DNA of 64,000 nt from Macrostomum lignano (Eukaryota). The translations under genes and the position numbers were made by a program. Below the pieces are notes generated by a model, which made no database searches, had not been told where the DNA came from, and saw only the letters and a program-made list of their open reading frames with translations. Shown here in pieces: positions 24,390 to 38,100 of this stretch. Position 1 is the stretch's first letter. The number at the start of each line of letters is the position of its first letter. The stretch covers positions 338,776-402,775 of the forward strand of contig NIVC01001237.1 in the NCBI GenBank assembly GCA_002269645.1, given 5' to 3'.

Positions 24390-25100
24390 GAAGGGCAGGG
24401 AGTGGGTGGGTGAGGGAAGGCAGGGAGTGGGTAGGTGAGGAAGGGCAGGGAGTGGGGTGGGTGAGGGAAGGCAGGGAGTGGGTGGGTGAGGAGGGGCAGG
24501 GAGTGGGATGGGTGAGAGAAGGCAGGGAGTTGGTGGGTGAGGGAAGGCAGGGAGTGGGGTGGGTGAGGGAAGGCAGGGAGTGGGATGGGTGAGGAAGGGC
24601 AGGGAGTGGGGTGGGTGAGGGAAGGCAGGGAGTGGGTGGGTGAGGAGGGGCAGGGAGTGGGGTGGGTGAGGGAAGGCAGGGAGTGGGGTGGCTGAGGGAA
24701 GGCAGGGAGTGGGGTGGCTGAGGGAAGGCAGGGAGTGGGTAGGTGAGGAAGAGCAGGGAGTGGGATGGGTGAGAGAAGGCAGGGAGTTGGTGGGTGAGGG
24801 AAGGCAGGGAGTTGGTGGGTGAGGGAAGGCAGGGAGTGGGTGGGTGAGGAGGGGCAGGGAGTGGGTGGGTGAGAGAAGGCAGGGAGTGGGTGGGTGAGGA
24901 GGGGCAGGGAGTGGGTGGGTGAGTGGGTAGGTGAGGAAGAGCAGGAGTGGGTAGTGGGAAGTGGGTGAGAGAAGGCAGGGAGTGGGTGGGTGAGAGAAGG
25001 CAGGGAGTGGGTGGGTGAGGAGGGGCAGGGAGTGGGGTGGGAGAGAGAAGGCAGGGAGTGGGGTGGGTGAGGGAAGGTAGGGAGTGGGTGGGTGAGTGGA
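24390..25100. repeat. G-rich repeat (GAGGGAAGGCAGGGAGTGGGTGGGT) between the convergent GPCR and JIP3 3' ends
   Basis: Visible; dense GGG tracts. Confidence 0.93.
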
Positions 25101-25587
25101 GTATGATGACAGTTATTACAAATAAAGAATACAAAACATGGTCAGTTAGTGTTTATTGATAATAAATAATTAATAATTATATCAATGGGCTATAGGCTAA
25201 AAAATAGCCATAGCGCGTCAATATGATTTATTGAATAAAATCTTGTGCAACTCAACCCGAGAGTTAGTATTCATAAAACAGACAGCTTTACATTAACGTT
25301 AATGAAGCAAATGGAGTCAGGTTCGGGAAGAAAATTTATCGCAACTCGCTGAAAAAAATTACGGCCAAGACTAACTTGCACCGAAACAATACTGAATAAA
25401 TAACACAACCAATTTATCAACTCTTAATAACAAGCTACAGTTGAATGGCAAGCAAAATCTTGAGTTATATTAACAGTTTAGAAAAAGCAAACAAAGCAGA
25501 AAAAAACTCAAAGAAATTATCGAAAAGAAAGAACACTACAGCATTTTCCATGCAGCATTGTCTGCTAAACTATATTTTAAGGACATT

Positions 25588-25714
25588 TTATTGTTCAGAC
25601 ACCTGCCATACAATTAGGTGAGATCGCTCCGGCTTGGGGACCAGCGATTTGGCACCCGCCACTGCGGACTGGTCCTGCTCGGATGGGTCCTCCGGGTCAC
25701 CTGCAAAAACAGAT

Positions 25715-25745
<31 letters not shown>

Positions 25746-25991
25746 GGATAGATAGATAGTAGATAGCGAGAAAGAGCGAGCGAAGCGAGCTCTTTCGAGC
25801 TTGCTTGCCGCAGCTAATCAAACTGAAAGCACGCACACAAGATCACCGGAAACGATTAAGGCAGCTGGAAAGCCAATGGGCGCGGTAAGCGCTTTTATCC
25901 AGAGGAACTACCTACTGGAACCAGCCAACAAGATAGATAGATAGATGGATAGATAGATAGATAGATAGATAGATGGATAGATAGATAGATG

Positions 25992-26026
<35 letters not shown>

Positions 26027-26043
26027 GGATAGATAGATAGATG

Positions 26044-26114
<71 letters not shown>

Positions 26115-26115
26115 G

Positions 26116-26154
<39 letters not shown>

Positions 26155-29100
26155 GGATAGATAGATAGATAGATAGATAGATGGATAGATAGATAGATAG
26201 AGCAGCAGAGAAAGACACAAGAGCAGCAGAGAAAGACACAAGAGCAGCAGAGAAAGACACAATAACAGCAGAGAAAGACACAAGAGCAGCAGAGAAAGAC
26301 ACAAGAACAGCAGAGAAAGACACAAGAACAGCAGAGAAAGACACAAGAACAGCAGAGAAAGACACAAGAACAGCAGAGAAAGACACAAGAGCAGCAGAGA
26401 AAGACACAAGAACAGCAGAGAAAGACACAAGAACAGCAGAGAAAGACACAAGAACAGCAGAGAAAGACACAAGAGCAGCAGAGAAAGACACAATAACAGC
26501 AGAGAAAGACACAAGAGCAGCAGAGAAAGACACAAGAACAGCAGAGAAAGACACAAGAACAGCAGAGAAAGACACAAGAACAGCAGAGAAAGACACAAGA
26601 ACAGCAGAGAAAGACACAAGAGCAGCAGAGAAAGACACAAGAACAGCAGAGAAAGACACAAGAACAGCAGAGAAAGACACAAGAGCAGCAGAGAAAGACA
26701 CAAGAACAGCAGAGAAAGACACAAGAACAGCAGAGAAAGACACAAGAGCAGCAGAGGCCGCACACACACACACACACGCACACACACACGCACACACAGA
26801 GTGCTGGTGCAGCATGCCTGATGAATATTTCAGAGCAGCTCAGAGAATGTTAATATAATCCAGCTACACAAGTGGCAATTGAGCCGAGACCAGGCCCAGC
26901 TAATAAATAATTAATGAACCGGGCTGCTCACCAACTCTGAAGTCGATGTAGCCCTCCCCGCCGCTGATGAGTAGCACAGTGCGGCAGTCCTTGTCGCGGG
27001 AAATTGTTCCCGCGGGAGGAGGCTCGCGCTTGCCTAAAAAGCAGAAGAAGATCAACTGAGGGAGCTGTTCTCAAGTAAAGTTTATTATTCACAAGTGTTT
27101 TTTATAATCTGTGAATGAATTAATTAATTAGCGTGGCCTGATGTTGGCCCAGGACTTACTATTGACAATTGTTCGTCATTATACTCGTAATGGAGAAAAA
27201 TCGATTTCTGAGCACAGCAATCAATCGACGCGAATTTTAAGAGGTCCTGAGTTCGATTCTTTCTAAACTCAATAACTTAAATATAGGTTTCAACTGTTTT
27301 ACAAACCTTCCTTTGCCTGCTTTTCGCTATAGCAGTCACTCTCAGAGGCTGAAATTTATGATTTTGCTATTGAATTTGGGACCTTATAAGTACCTAATTA
27401 GCTAAGTGACTTTGAGACCTAATAGGTACCTAATTAGCTAATTGACTCTGAGACTTTATAGGTACCTAATTAGCTAATTGACCTGAGACTTTATAGGTAC
27501 CTAATTAGCTAATTGACTTTGAGACTTTATAGGTACCTAATTAGCTAATTGACTCTGAGACTTTATAGGTACCTAATTAGCTAATTGACTCTGAGACTTT
27601 ATAGGTACCTAATTAGCTAATTGACCTGAGACTTTATAGGTACCTAATTAGCTAATTGACTTTGAGACTTTATAGGTACCTAATTAGCTAATTGACTCTG
27701 AGACTTTATAGGTACCTAATTAGCTAATTGATTCTGAGACTTTATAGGTACCTAATTAGCTAATTGACTCTGAGACTTTATAGGTACCTAATTAGCTAAT
27801 TGACTTTGAGACTTTATAGGTACCTAATTAGCTAATTGATTCTGAGACTTTATAGGTACCTAATTAGCTAATTGACTCTGAGACTTTATAGGTACCTAAT
27901 TAGCTAAGTGACTTTGAGACCTAATAGGTACCTAATTAGCTAATTGACTCTGAGACTTTATAGGTACCTAATTAGCTAATTGACTTCAAGACCCTATAGA
28001 ATATAGTAGGTACCTAACTAGCTAATTGACTTTGAGACCTGATAGGTACCTAATTAGTTACATGGAGTTTAAAATATTAGGTACCTTAATTAGCTATAGA
28101 CCTTAGATTCATAATTAGCTGAACTGGTTTTAATAACACTAGGCATCCGGTAGTAGATGAACCAATCGTTGAGAAAAAATAGAAACTAAACTCTGCTCCG
28201 TACCTGGCACTGCAAGGAAGAATTTCACCGCATCCTTGTGACCGTGAAAAGACAACTGCGCCAAATCCATGCTGACGTGAGGCAGCAGACAGCTGAAGCC
28301 TTCAGAATCCTGAACGCCATCACCAGCAGAGCCGGAAGCCGGTTGCGTGACAAACGGCACGGTGACAATGATGCCATTGCTGGTACCGATCCACAATCGT
28401 CCGCAGGCGGCAAACAGAGAGGTCAGGCGAACCAAGGAGAAGCCGAGTCTTGACGTGCCCAGCACCTGGCTGATGTAGGGCTCAATGTCAATCTCTTGCA
28501 GCAGGGCGTGCGTGTGAGCGTGGAACAGGCGCAGCACGGTGTCTAAGCGGAAGCCGATCCAGACGCCCTCTCCAATGGGGCACAGCAGTCGGACTGTGCT
28601 ATCAGCTCTCGGATGCGCATCGAAGCTGGCGGCTACGCGGAGAGTTCTGGGATCGACCACTTTAATGGTGTTCTGCACGCCTATCCACAAGGCCGCGCCG
28701 CCTGCTGTGGCCGCCATCGCACGAACGGGTGCCGCCGCGTCGCTGACAGCCAACTCGTAGTAGCGAGACAGATCCCAGCACTGCTGCTGCTGCTCCATTG
28801 CGGTGGCAGCATTGGGATCCAATTGCCGTCTGCAGAACACCAACAGCGAACCGTTGGCCAGACCGAGGAATGCGCGGCCGCGCAGGTGGCAGATAGCCAC
28901 AATGGCATCCTTCAACTGCAGGCACTGCAGACAGCGTCGCCAATTGTTAACGGCCGAGTGGATGAATAGCAGGCCGTTTTGACAGCCGAGCCACATTGTA
29001 GAATCCGACAGGTGGGCACTGCGTCCGCTAGAGGCAGTCGGCTCGCTAGATAAGCCGCGTTCAATCAACAGGTCCGTGCCTGTCCGCTGCTTCTGCTGTC

Positions 29101-32100
29101 CCTGCGGCTGCTGCTGTTTTGGCGGCGAGCCAACAAGCGACAGGCTGCTGGCGTGCGGACTCTGGTTTGGAGACTCAACAGCTACGCACCGGACGAGTCG
29201 AGCTCGGTCTGACGCCAACTCGGACAGCGGATCAACATCTGCACCGCTGCCATTGCCGTCGATATTCGGCGCATCGTCCGGCTGAAAGTCGCCAGGCGCC
29301 GGGCCTGGAACGCAGGTGACGGCCAGCACCTGGGATTGGCACAGGGTGAAGGCTTGGAGCAGCTCGGCTGGACGGTTCGCATCGATGATGCACACCTGGC
29401 TCGGGCCGGCCGATGACTGCTCGCTAGTGCAGATCCACACTACCGAGGTGAGGCCCACATCTGGCAGCATGCCGAACTGGGCCTGCTGTCTGCTCAGCTG
29501 CTCGCTCAGGCTGGTCAACTCTGGACTATCGGGCGCGTCGCCAAGGTTGAACTGTCGTCGGAGACCAGCTGAAACAGCGGCTGCGCACCACACCTGTTGG
29601 AGCAGGGTTTCAAATCAAATTAGAAAGCTTTGTTGGGAGCGGGATACTGGACTGAGACACTGACAGTCCGATAGCAAACGTCTCTTAGATTTGGAACCAA
29701 ACACTTGGAACACCCTGACATCCACCTGTAGATTAATCAATTAATCAATAGACACTCAGAGACTTAAAGACACATTGACATCATTTAAATGTAATTTTTT
29801 CAATTGATAACCGGAGACACGCAGGACACACGGATATCATTCAGTAGAACTGACTTTCCCGAAAGACACCTTGAGACTCGAAGGACATCCTGACATCATT
29901 CAGTAGAACTGACTTTCCCAATAGCCACCTTGAGACTCGAAGGACATCCTGACATCATTCAGTAGAACTGACTTTCCAGATAGACACCTTGAGACTCGAC
30001 GGACATCCTGACATCATTCAGTAGAACTGACTTTCCAGATGGACACCTTGAGACTCGAAGGACATCCTGACATCATTCAGTAACACTGACTTTCCAGATA
30101 GACACCTTGAGACTCGACGGACATCCTGACATCATTCAGTAGAACTGACTTTCCCAATAGACACCTTGAGACTCGAAGGACATCCTGACATCATTCAGTA
30201 GAACTGACTTTCCAGATGGACACCTTGAGACTCGAAGGACATCCTGACATCATTCAGTAGAACTGACTTTCCCAATAGACACCTTGAGACTCGAAGGACA
30301 TCCTGACATCATTCAGTAGAACTGACTTTCCCAATAGACACCTTGAGACTGGAAGGACATCCTGACATCATTCAGTAGAACTGACTTTCCCAATAGACAC
30401 CTTGAGACTCGAAGGACATCCTGACATCATTCAGTAGAACTGACTTTCCCAATAGACACCTTGAGACTCGAAGGACACCCTGACAACATTCAGTAGAACT
30501 GACTTTCCAGATAGACACCTTGAGACTCGACGGACATCCTGACATCATTCAGTAGAACTGACTTTCCCAATAGACACCTTGAGACTCGAAGGACATCCTG
30601 ACATCATTCAGTAGAACTGACTTTCCAGATAGACACCTTGGGACTCGAAGGACATCCTGACATCATTCAGTAGAACTGACTTTCCAGATAGACACCTTGA
30701 GACTCGAAAGACATCCTGACATCATTCAGTAGAACTGACTTTCCAGATAGACACCTTGAGACTCGAAGGACATCCTGACATCATTCAGTAGAACTGACTT
30801 TCCAGATGGACACCTTGAGACTCGAAGGACATCCTGACATCATTCAGTAGAACTGACTTTCCCGAAAGACACCTTGAGACTCGAAGGACATCCTGACATC
30901 ATTCAGTAGAACTGACTTTCCCAATAGACACCTTGAGACTCGAAGGACACCCTGACATCATTCAGTAGAACTGACTTTCCAGATAGACACCTTGAGACTC
31001 GACGGACATCCTGACATCATTCAGTAGAACTGACTTTCCCAATAGACACCTTGAGACTCGAAGGACATCCTGACATCATTCAGTAGAACTGACTTTCCAG
31101 ATGGACACCTTGAGACTCGAAAGACATCCTGACATCATTCAGTAGAACTGACTTTTCAGATGGACACCTTGAGACATCATCAGCGCAGAACACAGTGTTT
31201 GCACAACCCGTAACGCACCCCTTTATTTTTGCAACAGTTAATGACTTAACAGGAATAAAAACATGCGTCAGAAACACGGCCACTCCCATAGTACGTCCGA
31301 TTAGAATTGGAACAATTTTTGTCGATTATTTAAAAGAGAAAAATAACTGCAACCACCAATGAAAACGCAACTGCACAGCACTCAGCACTGGTGAATGCCT
31401 GTTTACCGGAATCCTTGCCAGCCCAGACACAGAGTGGGCGGCAGTTCGACTCGAAAACAATGGTCGCATAGAAAAGCAACCGAATCGAGCGTGAAGCGAC
31501 GGTTTATTCTTCATAATCAATGAAGACAATAAACATATAATATAGAATATCTCAATTTTCTAGAGCCTAACAAAATGCTCGCCTGACGCATCAAAACACA
31601 ACAATGAAGCTATTTACGCGCATTGCATAGAAGCCCTTATAAATAGCATGTTCTGATAAAAAAAATGAAATTTAAGCGCTCAAATATTGAGAATAAGGTA
31701 CGGGGTTATGCTAAACGTCTGGGTTATTATAAACCTTTGAAGGAGAGCTTCAAAATCAGCTTTGACTTTGGAATACTTTATAGTATCTGCCGTGAAACAG
31801 CACTACTGTAGCACTTGGAACCATAGACAAAAGTTTTATCTCGCGGTCAAATTTTCCCGAGCTAATATAGCTATTTCATGCTCAGGCTGAAATCGGATGA
31901 ACGAGAGAATGAAAATTCGACTAGACTAAGGCAAGTCAAGAATCGAAATCTGCACTTTGAAAACACGTTTTTTTAAAAAAAGAAGGTAGCAGCATGGCGG
32001 ACTGTCCGTTGTCAACAAGTAACCTGCAGTTGGAACTAAACAGTGTAGAAGACGAGAAGCGCAAGATTTTGTCCATCTTCAAAGACGAAAGCGCAAAGTG

Positions 32101-35100
32101 CGACAATTGGAACCGAAAGTACATTGCTAGCAGCATGTTTGTGCTCGGTTCCGGTGCCTATGGCAGCGTTTTTCAGGTAGGTTTGATTGTTTTGAAACTA
32201 AAGCTTTAGTAGTTAACGAGATATTGTTGACTTCGTTGATTCGTTTTTGTTGACTTCAGCAATAAGCAGAATTACCAGAATGAGGCAAAGAAAAACCAGC
32301 TTCAGAAACAGAGGGGCGGAAAAGCAGTTTCTTAGAAAAGACATGGGGCGGAAAAATACTTTCTTTGGAAACTAGAGGGGCGGAAAACAAGATTCTTAGA
32401 AAACAAAAAGGTGGAAAACCAGTTTCGGAAACAGAAGGGTAAAAACCAGGTTCGGAAACAGAAGGGTGGGTGGAAAACCAGTTTCGGAAACAGAAGGGTG
32501 GGTGGAAAACCAGTTTCGGAAACAGAAGGGTGGAAAACCAGTTTCGGAAACAGAAGGGTGGGTGGAAAACCAGTTTCGGAAACAGAAGGGTGGAAAACCA
32601 GTTTTGGAAACAGAAGGGTGGGTGAAAAACCAGTTTCGGAAACAGAAGGGTGGAAAACCAGTTTTGGAAACAGAAGGGTGGGTGAAAAACCAGTTTCGGA
32701 AACAGAAGGGTGGAAAACCAGTTTCGGAAACAGAAGGGTGAAAAACCAGTTTCGGAAACAGAAGGGTGAAAAACCAGTTTCGGAAACAGAAGGGTGGAAA
32801 ACCAGTTTCGGAAACAGAAGGGTGGAAAACCAGTTTCGGAAACAGAAGGGTGGAAAACCAGTTTCGGAAACAGAAGGGTGAAAAACCAGTTTCGGAAACA
32901 GAAGGGTGAAAAACCAGTTTCGGAAACAGAAGGGTGGAAAACCAGTTTCGGAAACAGAAGGGTGGAAAACCAGTTTCGGAAACAGAAGGGTGGAAAACCA
33001 GTTTCGGAAACAGAAGTGTGAAAAAACAGTTTCGGAAACAGAAGTGTGGAAAACCAGTTTCGGAAACAGAAGGGTGAAAAACCAGTTTCGGAAACAGAAG
33101 GGTGGAAAACCAGTTTCGGAAACAGAAGGGTGAAAAACCAGTTTCGGAAACAGAAGGGTGAAAAACCAGTTTCGGAAACAGAAGGGTGGAAAACCAGTTT
33201 CGGAAACAGAAGGGTGAAAAACCAGTTTCGGAAACAGAAGGGTGAAAAACCAGTTTCGGAAACAGAAGGGTGAAAAACCAGTTTCGGAAACAGAAGGGTG
33301 GAAAACCAGTTTCGGAAACAAAAGGGTAAAAAACCAGTTTCGGAAACAGCAGAGGGGTCTAAAGTTAACTTCTGCAAATCTCCGCAGTAAAAATTTGCCG
33401 AACTCCATTTTCTAATTATAACCTCAGGTAACCACGCGGCAATACAAAAGCAAGCAAAAGACGTCCAAAGGTCGCTACAGCTATCATCCGGGATTTTTAG
33501 AGGCGATCGCTGCTCAACGCCGGGTGAAAGTTGAAATGCTAGACAAACTCCGCGATCCAAATCGAGACGAGGCCTACCTGGACATCGTGGCTATCAAATA
33601 CGAGATTATCGATCAGGCTCAACTGGAGGACGGCACGACTCGTTATTTGCTGTTTTTAAGACGCGAATTTCTCGTACTGGACTCGATGTGGCGCAAAAAT
33701 TATCGTCAAATGCACGGGTTTCCAACGGTATTCGATTACGGCTACGTTGGCGACAAGAACCACTACGGCATCAATCAGAAGTATAAAAACATTTTCACTT
33801 ATCTCAATTTGCAAGGCGAGGAAGTGAAATTCTTCACTGACATTGACAATCGCAATCTGGAAGGCGTTACCAAGATCTCCTACATGGCCATGGAGCTGCT
33901 CGGACCGTCGATTGACGACTTTCGCAACTATTACGAGCCCTGGTTCAGCGAAGTCGGCTTAAAACCATTCTTCGGCGTGAGCACTGTGTTTAAAATAGCC
34001 GACCAGACTCTGTGCAGACTGTTGATAATGCACAGGTGCGGATTTGTGCACCACGACTTGAAGCCGGACAATATTGCCATGGGCAACGGGAGGACTATGA
34101 ACACCGTCTATCTGCTGGACTTTGGCTTCGCTAAACTGGTGAGTAAAACGAGTTCTCAGAATGTGAATTGTGTACCTCCGCAGTTTTAAGACTCGATCGA
34201 TAAAGATAAACAGTTGTTCCATCGAAACGAGGCCCCCCCCCTGAACCGCTTAAAACGTTTCCGTGACAAAAATCGCTAGAGTGATTGCAAACAACTCACT
34301 AGCGACTCTTGTGACTTTTCAATGACTCAAATGACTACAATGCGACGGAGAGGTGACTGTTGAGTCGCGAGCGCATGAATTTAGTTGTAGAATCGTTTAG
34401 AGTCGCATAAAGTCGCCTAAGAGTCGTTTTGTAAGGGTTTAACTTTCTACTAACTCAAGTAGACTAAATAGAGTTGTTGAAAATGCAAAAAGCGATTCTA
34501 ATTTCATAAATTGACGCAGATGCCCTTTAGATGCATCTCAGTAATTCTACAGCGACTCTGACACGCCTCAGATACGACTATACGGACCCCAGAGTCGTTT
34601 CAGAGTCGCAGACAATAAAACGCCTCAAATTCACTCTTGGGGGGCTCTTTGACGACTTATTGGCGACTTGCACCGTGACGTTTCGTCGTTTACGAGTCGT
34701 CTAGATTCACTTCTTTCCTATTTGACCTGTGCTAACTGAAAAGACTTTCACTTTCATCATCGTTTTCATCTTGGTTAATCGTCGAATTTTTTAATATTTA
34801 CCAAATTCAGGTCTCGCCAGTGAAGCAGAACGAGTGGACCGGCTCGAGAAAGTACATCGCCATTGACGCCTATTTCGGTGAAAAGCCCAACTTTGCGCAA
34901 GACATTGAAAGCTGGTTCTACGTCATCATGGCCCTGCTATACGACGACTTGCCCTGGTCAGACGAGTACATCGTCAAACAGGTCGACGAAAACGCCGACG
35001 AGAAGACACGCTGGGATCTGGTTAATAAGCTGAAGAAATCCTGGTGGGGCGAATACTCGGAAGCGACCAGTTTGAAAGAGCTGATCAACAATATTGCAGC

Positions 35101-38100
35101 CATACACAGTCACGAGCTGCCAGACGTGAAGACCGTTCTGGAGCAGTTCCATAAGCGCGTGAAAGATCTTCGCAACTCGATGCGAAGCGTAGACGACGCC
35201 CAGACATTGCACTGCGAGTTGAGCAACACCCAGTCCAACATATTTCGCGGCTACATGAGCATAAGAAAGTCGCTGCTACAAATTTTCAATCTGCCGAATT
35301 TGAATCAGAATCCGTTGCTAGACGACGCCGAATTGAAAGCTCTGCAAGAGATGCGCGAATCCAAAGGACACTACGTCACTTTCAATTGGGATCGGAACAA
35401 TTTCGAATACGAATGGGACGTCAATCACCAGAGGTTCACTATGCGACACTCGGACAGCGCCCCGCCGCCAACACTGATTGCCGAACTAGCCAACCAGCAC
35501 AGCAGCTGGCGTCCTGAAACTAAAATTGGCGGCTTCGCCACCGTTGTCAATGGCATCGGGCAGCACGCCAACTGGCGGCAGCAGCAGCAGGCGATGTCGC
35601 TGGTGAGCTACAAGCGGCCAGCCAGAGCTGACGAGGTCAGCTACGTGTACGATCCAAGCCGACATCTGCTGCTGCCGAAGCACACGGGCAGGCAGAGGCT
35701 CAACATGTCCGGCGAAAGCGTGGTGCCGTTCCATCGCCGCGTCCCGGGCGTGTTCTCCGCCGTCTAGCCTGACCAGCGCGCCATCGCAGCAACCAAAGAA
35801 GCACAACCAACTCCAACACAGTCGACAATTATTTTTAGAAACAAAGACCAACTCAAAAGGATTTGACTGTGCCTGATGATGAACTGCATTCATTAGTTTT
35901 GTTTTACTAAACTGTATGCGCAGAGAATGAAATTGCGATTTCAAACGAAAATACAATATTTTTGAACTTTTTTGTTTCATGAAAAATAACAGAATTTGAA
36001 CAAATTATTTTCATAACATCCGCCCCTCAGTGCTTGAGAATCGTTTTTTAATCGCTGTCCCCGACTCAGTCCTTGAGAATCTGCCTCTCCGCAATCTCTC
36101 ACCCACTCAGTCCTTCAGAATCTCTGCCTCTCCACAATCTCTCACCTTGATCTCCTTAGCTTTATCCAACAATGGCCGACAATAAATAGGCACGGGAATA
36201 GGCATCGAGCTCGTAGACTGCTGCTGCGAAGGCAGCGCCCAGCCATAGGCGTGCTGCCTTCCGGTGGCGATCTCGGGTTTCAGGCGGACAACCGGGTGCT
36301 GCTGCTGCTGTCTCTGCTGCGGCTGCGGCCGTCGCTCAGCGGCCGATAGAAAATCGTAGGCCCGATTCTGAGAAGCCGGCAGGCCCATCGCTTCGCGCTC
36401 GGCCCGGGTGGGATCGCCGGCTGGGCTCAGAGGTGTTGACGAAGCAGCCGCTGCCGCCGTTGCAGGCCTCGGAGAAGAAGATGCCGAGGTTGATGAAGAC
36501 GACGTTGCTGGACGGTATCGGAGGCCACCGCCGCCGCCAAGCTGCTGCTGCTGAGGCGAGGGAGTTGAGCCGGAAGCCAGGCCGGAAACGCCGGAAGTAG
36601 AGGCGGATGATGCCTGACCGGAACTGGACCGGATCTTGAAGAAGTTGGCGCTAAGGAAAGGAGGTGGTCGAGAAGGCACTGTTGAACTCTATATGGGCCG
36701 GATGATTTTCATCTTCATCTTCTTCTATGTCCCCCTTAAGAAACTTCGGTAGATGCAACTGGCATTATGATTATGAGAAAAAAATCAAGAAGCACAAAGA
36801 ATACAGTAGGATTATTAATTGCAAGCATAAATAGAAAACAGTAGCTGCAAACAGTACTATGCATATTCTAGTGCTACTAATATTAGTAGACACATTTAAT
36901 TTTATTTGTTATGGAATTTTCCGTGAAATTTATTCAGAGCATTTGAAATTTTTTACACTAGCGAATCACATAACCTCGTAGAACTTTCCTAGAAATTTAT
37001 TCAAAAAATCGTGAACTTTCCTAGAAATTTATTCTAAAAATCGTGAACTTTCCTAGAAATTTATTCTAAAAATCGTGAACTTTCCTAGAAATTTATTCTA
37101 AAAATCGTGAAACTTTCCTAGAAATTTATTCAAAACACCGTGGAATTTTCCTAGAAATTTATTCAAAACACCGTGGAATTTTCCTAGAAATTTATTCAAA
37201 ACACCGTGGAATTTTCCTAGAAATTTATTCAAAACACCGTGGAATTTTCCTAGAAATTTATTCAAAACACCGTGGAACTTTCCTAGAAATTTATTCAAAA
37301 CACCGTGGAATTTTCCTAGAAATTTATTCAAAACACCGTGGAATTTTCCTAGAAATTTATTCAAAACACCGTGGAATTTTCCTAGAAATTTATTCAAAAC
37401 ACCGTGGAATTTTCCTAGAAATTTATTCAAAACACCGTGGAATTTTCTTAGAAATTTATTCAAAAAATCGTGGAATTTTCCTAGAAATTTATTCAAAAAA
37501 TCGTGGAATTTTCCTAGAAATTTATTCAAAACCGTGAAATTTTCCTAGAAATTGATTCAAAACACCGTGAAATTTTCCTAGAAATTTATTCAGAACACCG
37601 TGGAATTTTCCTAGAAATTTATTAAAAAAATCGTGAAACTTTCCTAGAAATTTATTCAAAACACCGTAGAATTCTTCACGTAAACGATTTAGTAATACGT
37701 TCCGAATGCTCACCCAGTTAAATTTTAAGAAATAGCATAACGAATTTTTAAGCAAAAAAATGTTATGCAACTTTGTTTACAAAAAACTTAATAACTAAAA
37801 GTTTGACAAGCAATATCTCCAGAGACTGAAGCTTCAACTAAAAGAGTTCATAACAATTGTAGTAAGTATCCAGTTAATTTTTTAATAAGCATTTTGCAAG
37901 AGTCAAGCATATCATAAGTCAATTATAGATCGTATTTTGAAATAGATATTTAACAACTAAAAGGATTCGAAGCTTAAAGCAAGTAAAAATTAACCAAGCA
38001 ACTAAAACAATAACAACAAATACTAATCCTGTATATACAATGCATATGCAATATGAAACCTTAGGTTTGAATGTGAACTTCTATCCAAGCTAACTATAAT

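Noticed and set aside
25895-26815. Cys-rich metallothionein-like ORFs (CCSCVFL)n
   Set aside because: All three frames are open because a 21-bp repeat lacks stops; intronic in JIP3.
26964-26970. Hammerhead ribozyme core CTGATGA (also near 26819 and 35874)
   Set aside because: No supporting stems or matching GAAA core found; the 26964 copy is antisense JIP3 coding sequence.
27385-28070. CRISPR-like palindromic 36-bp repeats (also the 34-bp and 28-bp arrays)
   Set aside because: Head-to-tail with no unique spacers, no cas genes, eukaryotic intron context.
32256-33560. 434-aa and 358-aa minus-strand ORFs
   Set aside because: Products of the 28-bp minisatellite in the kinase intron.
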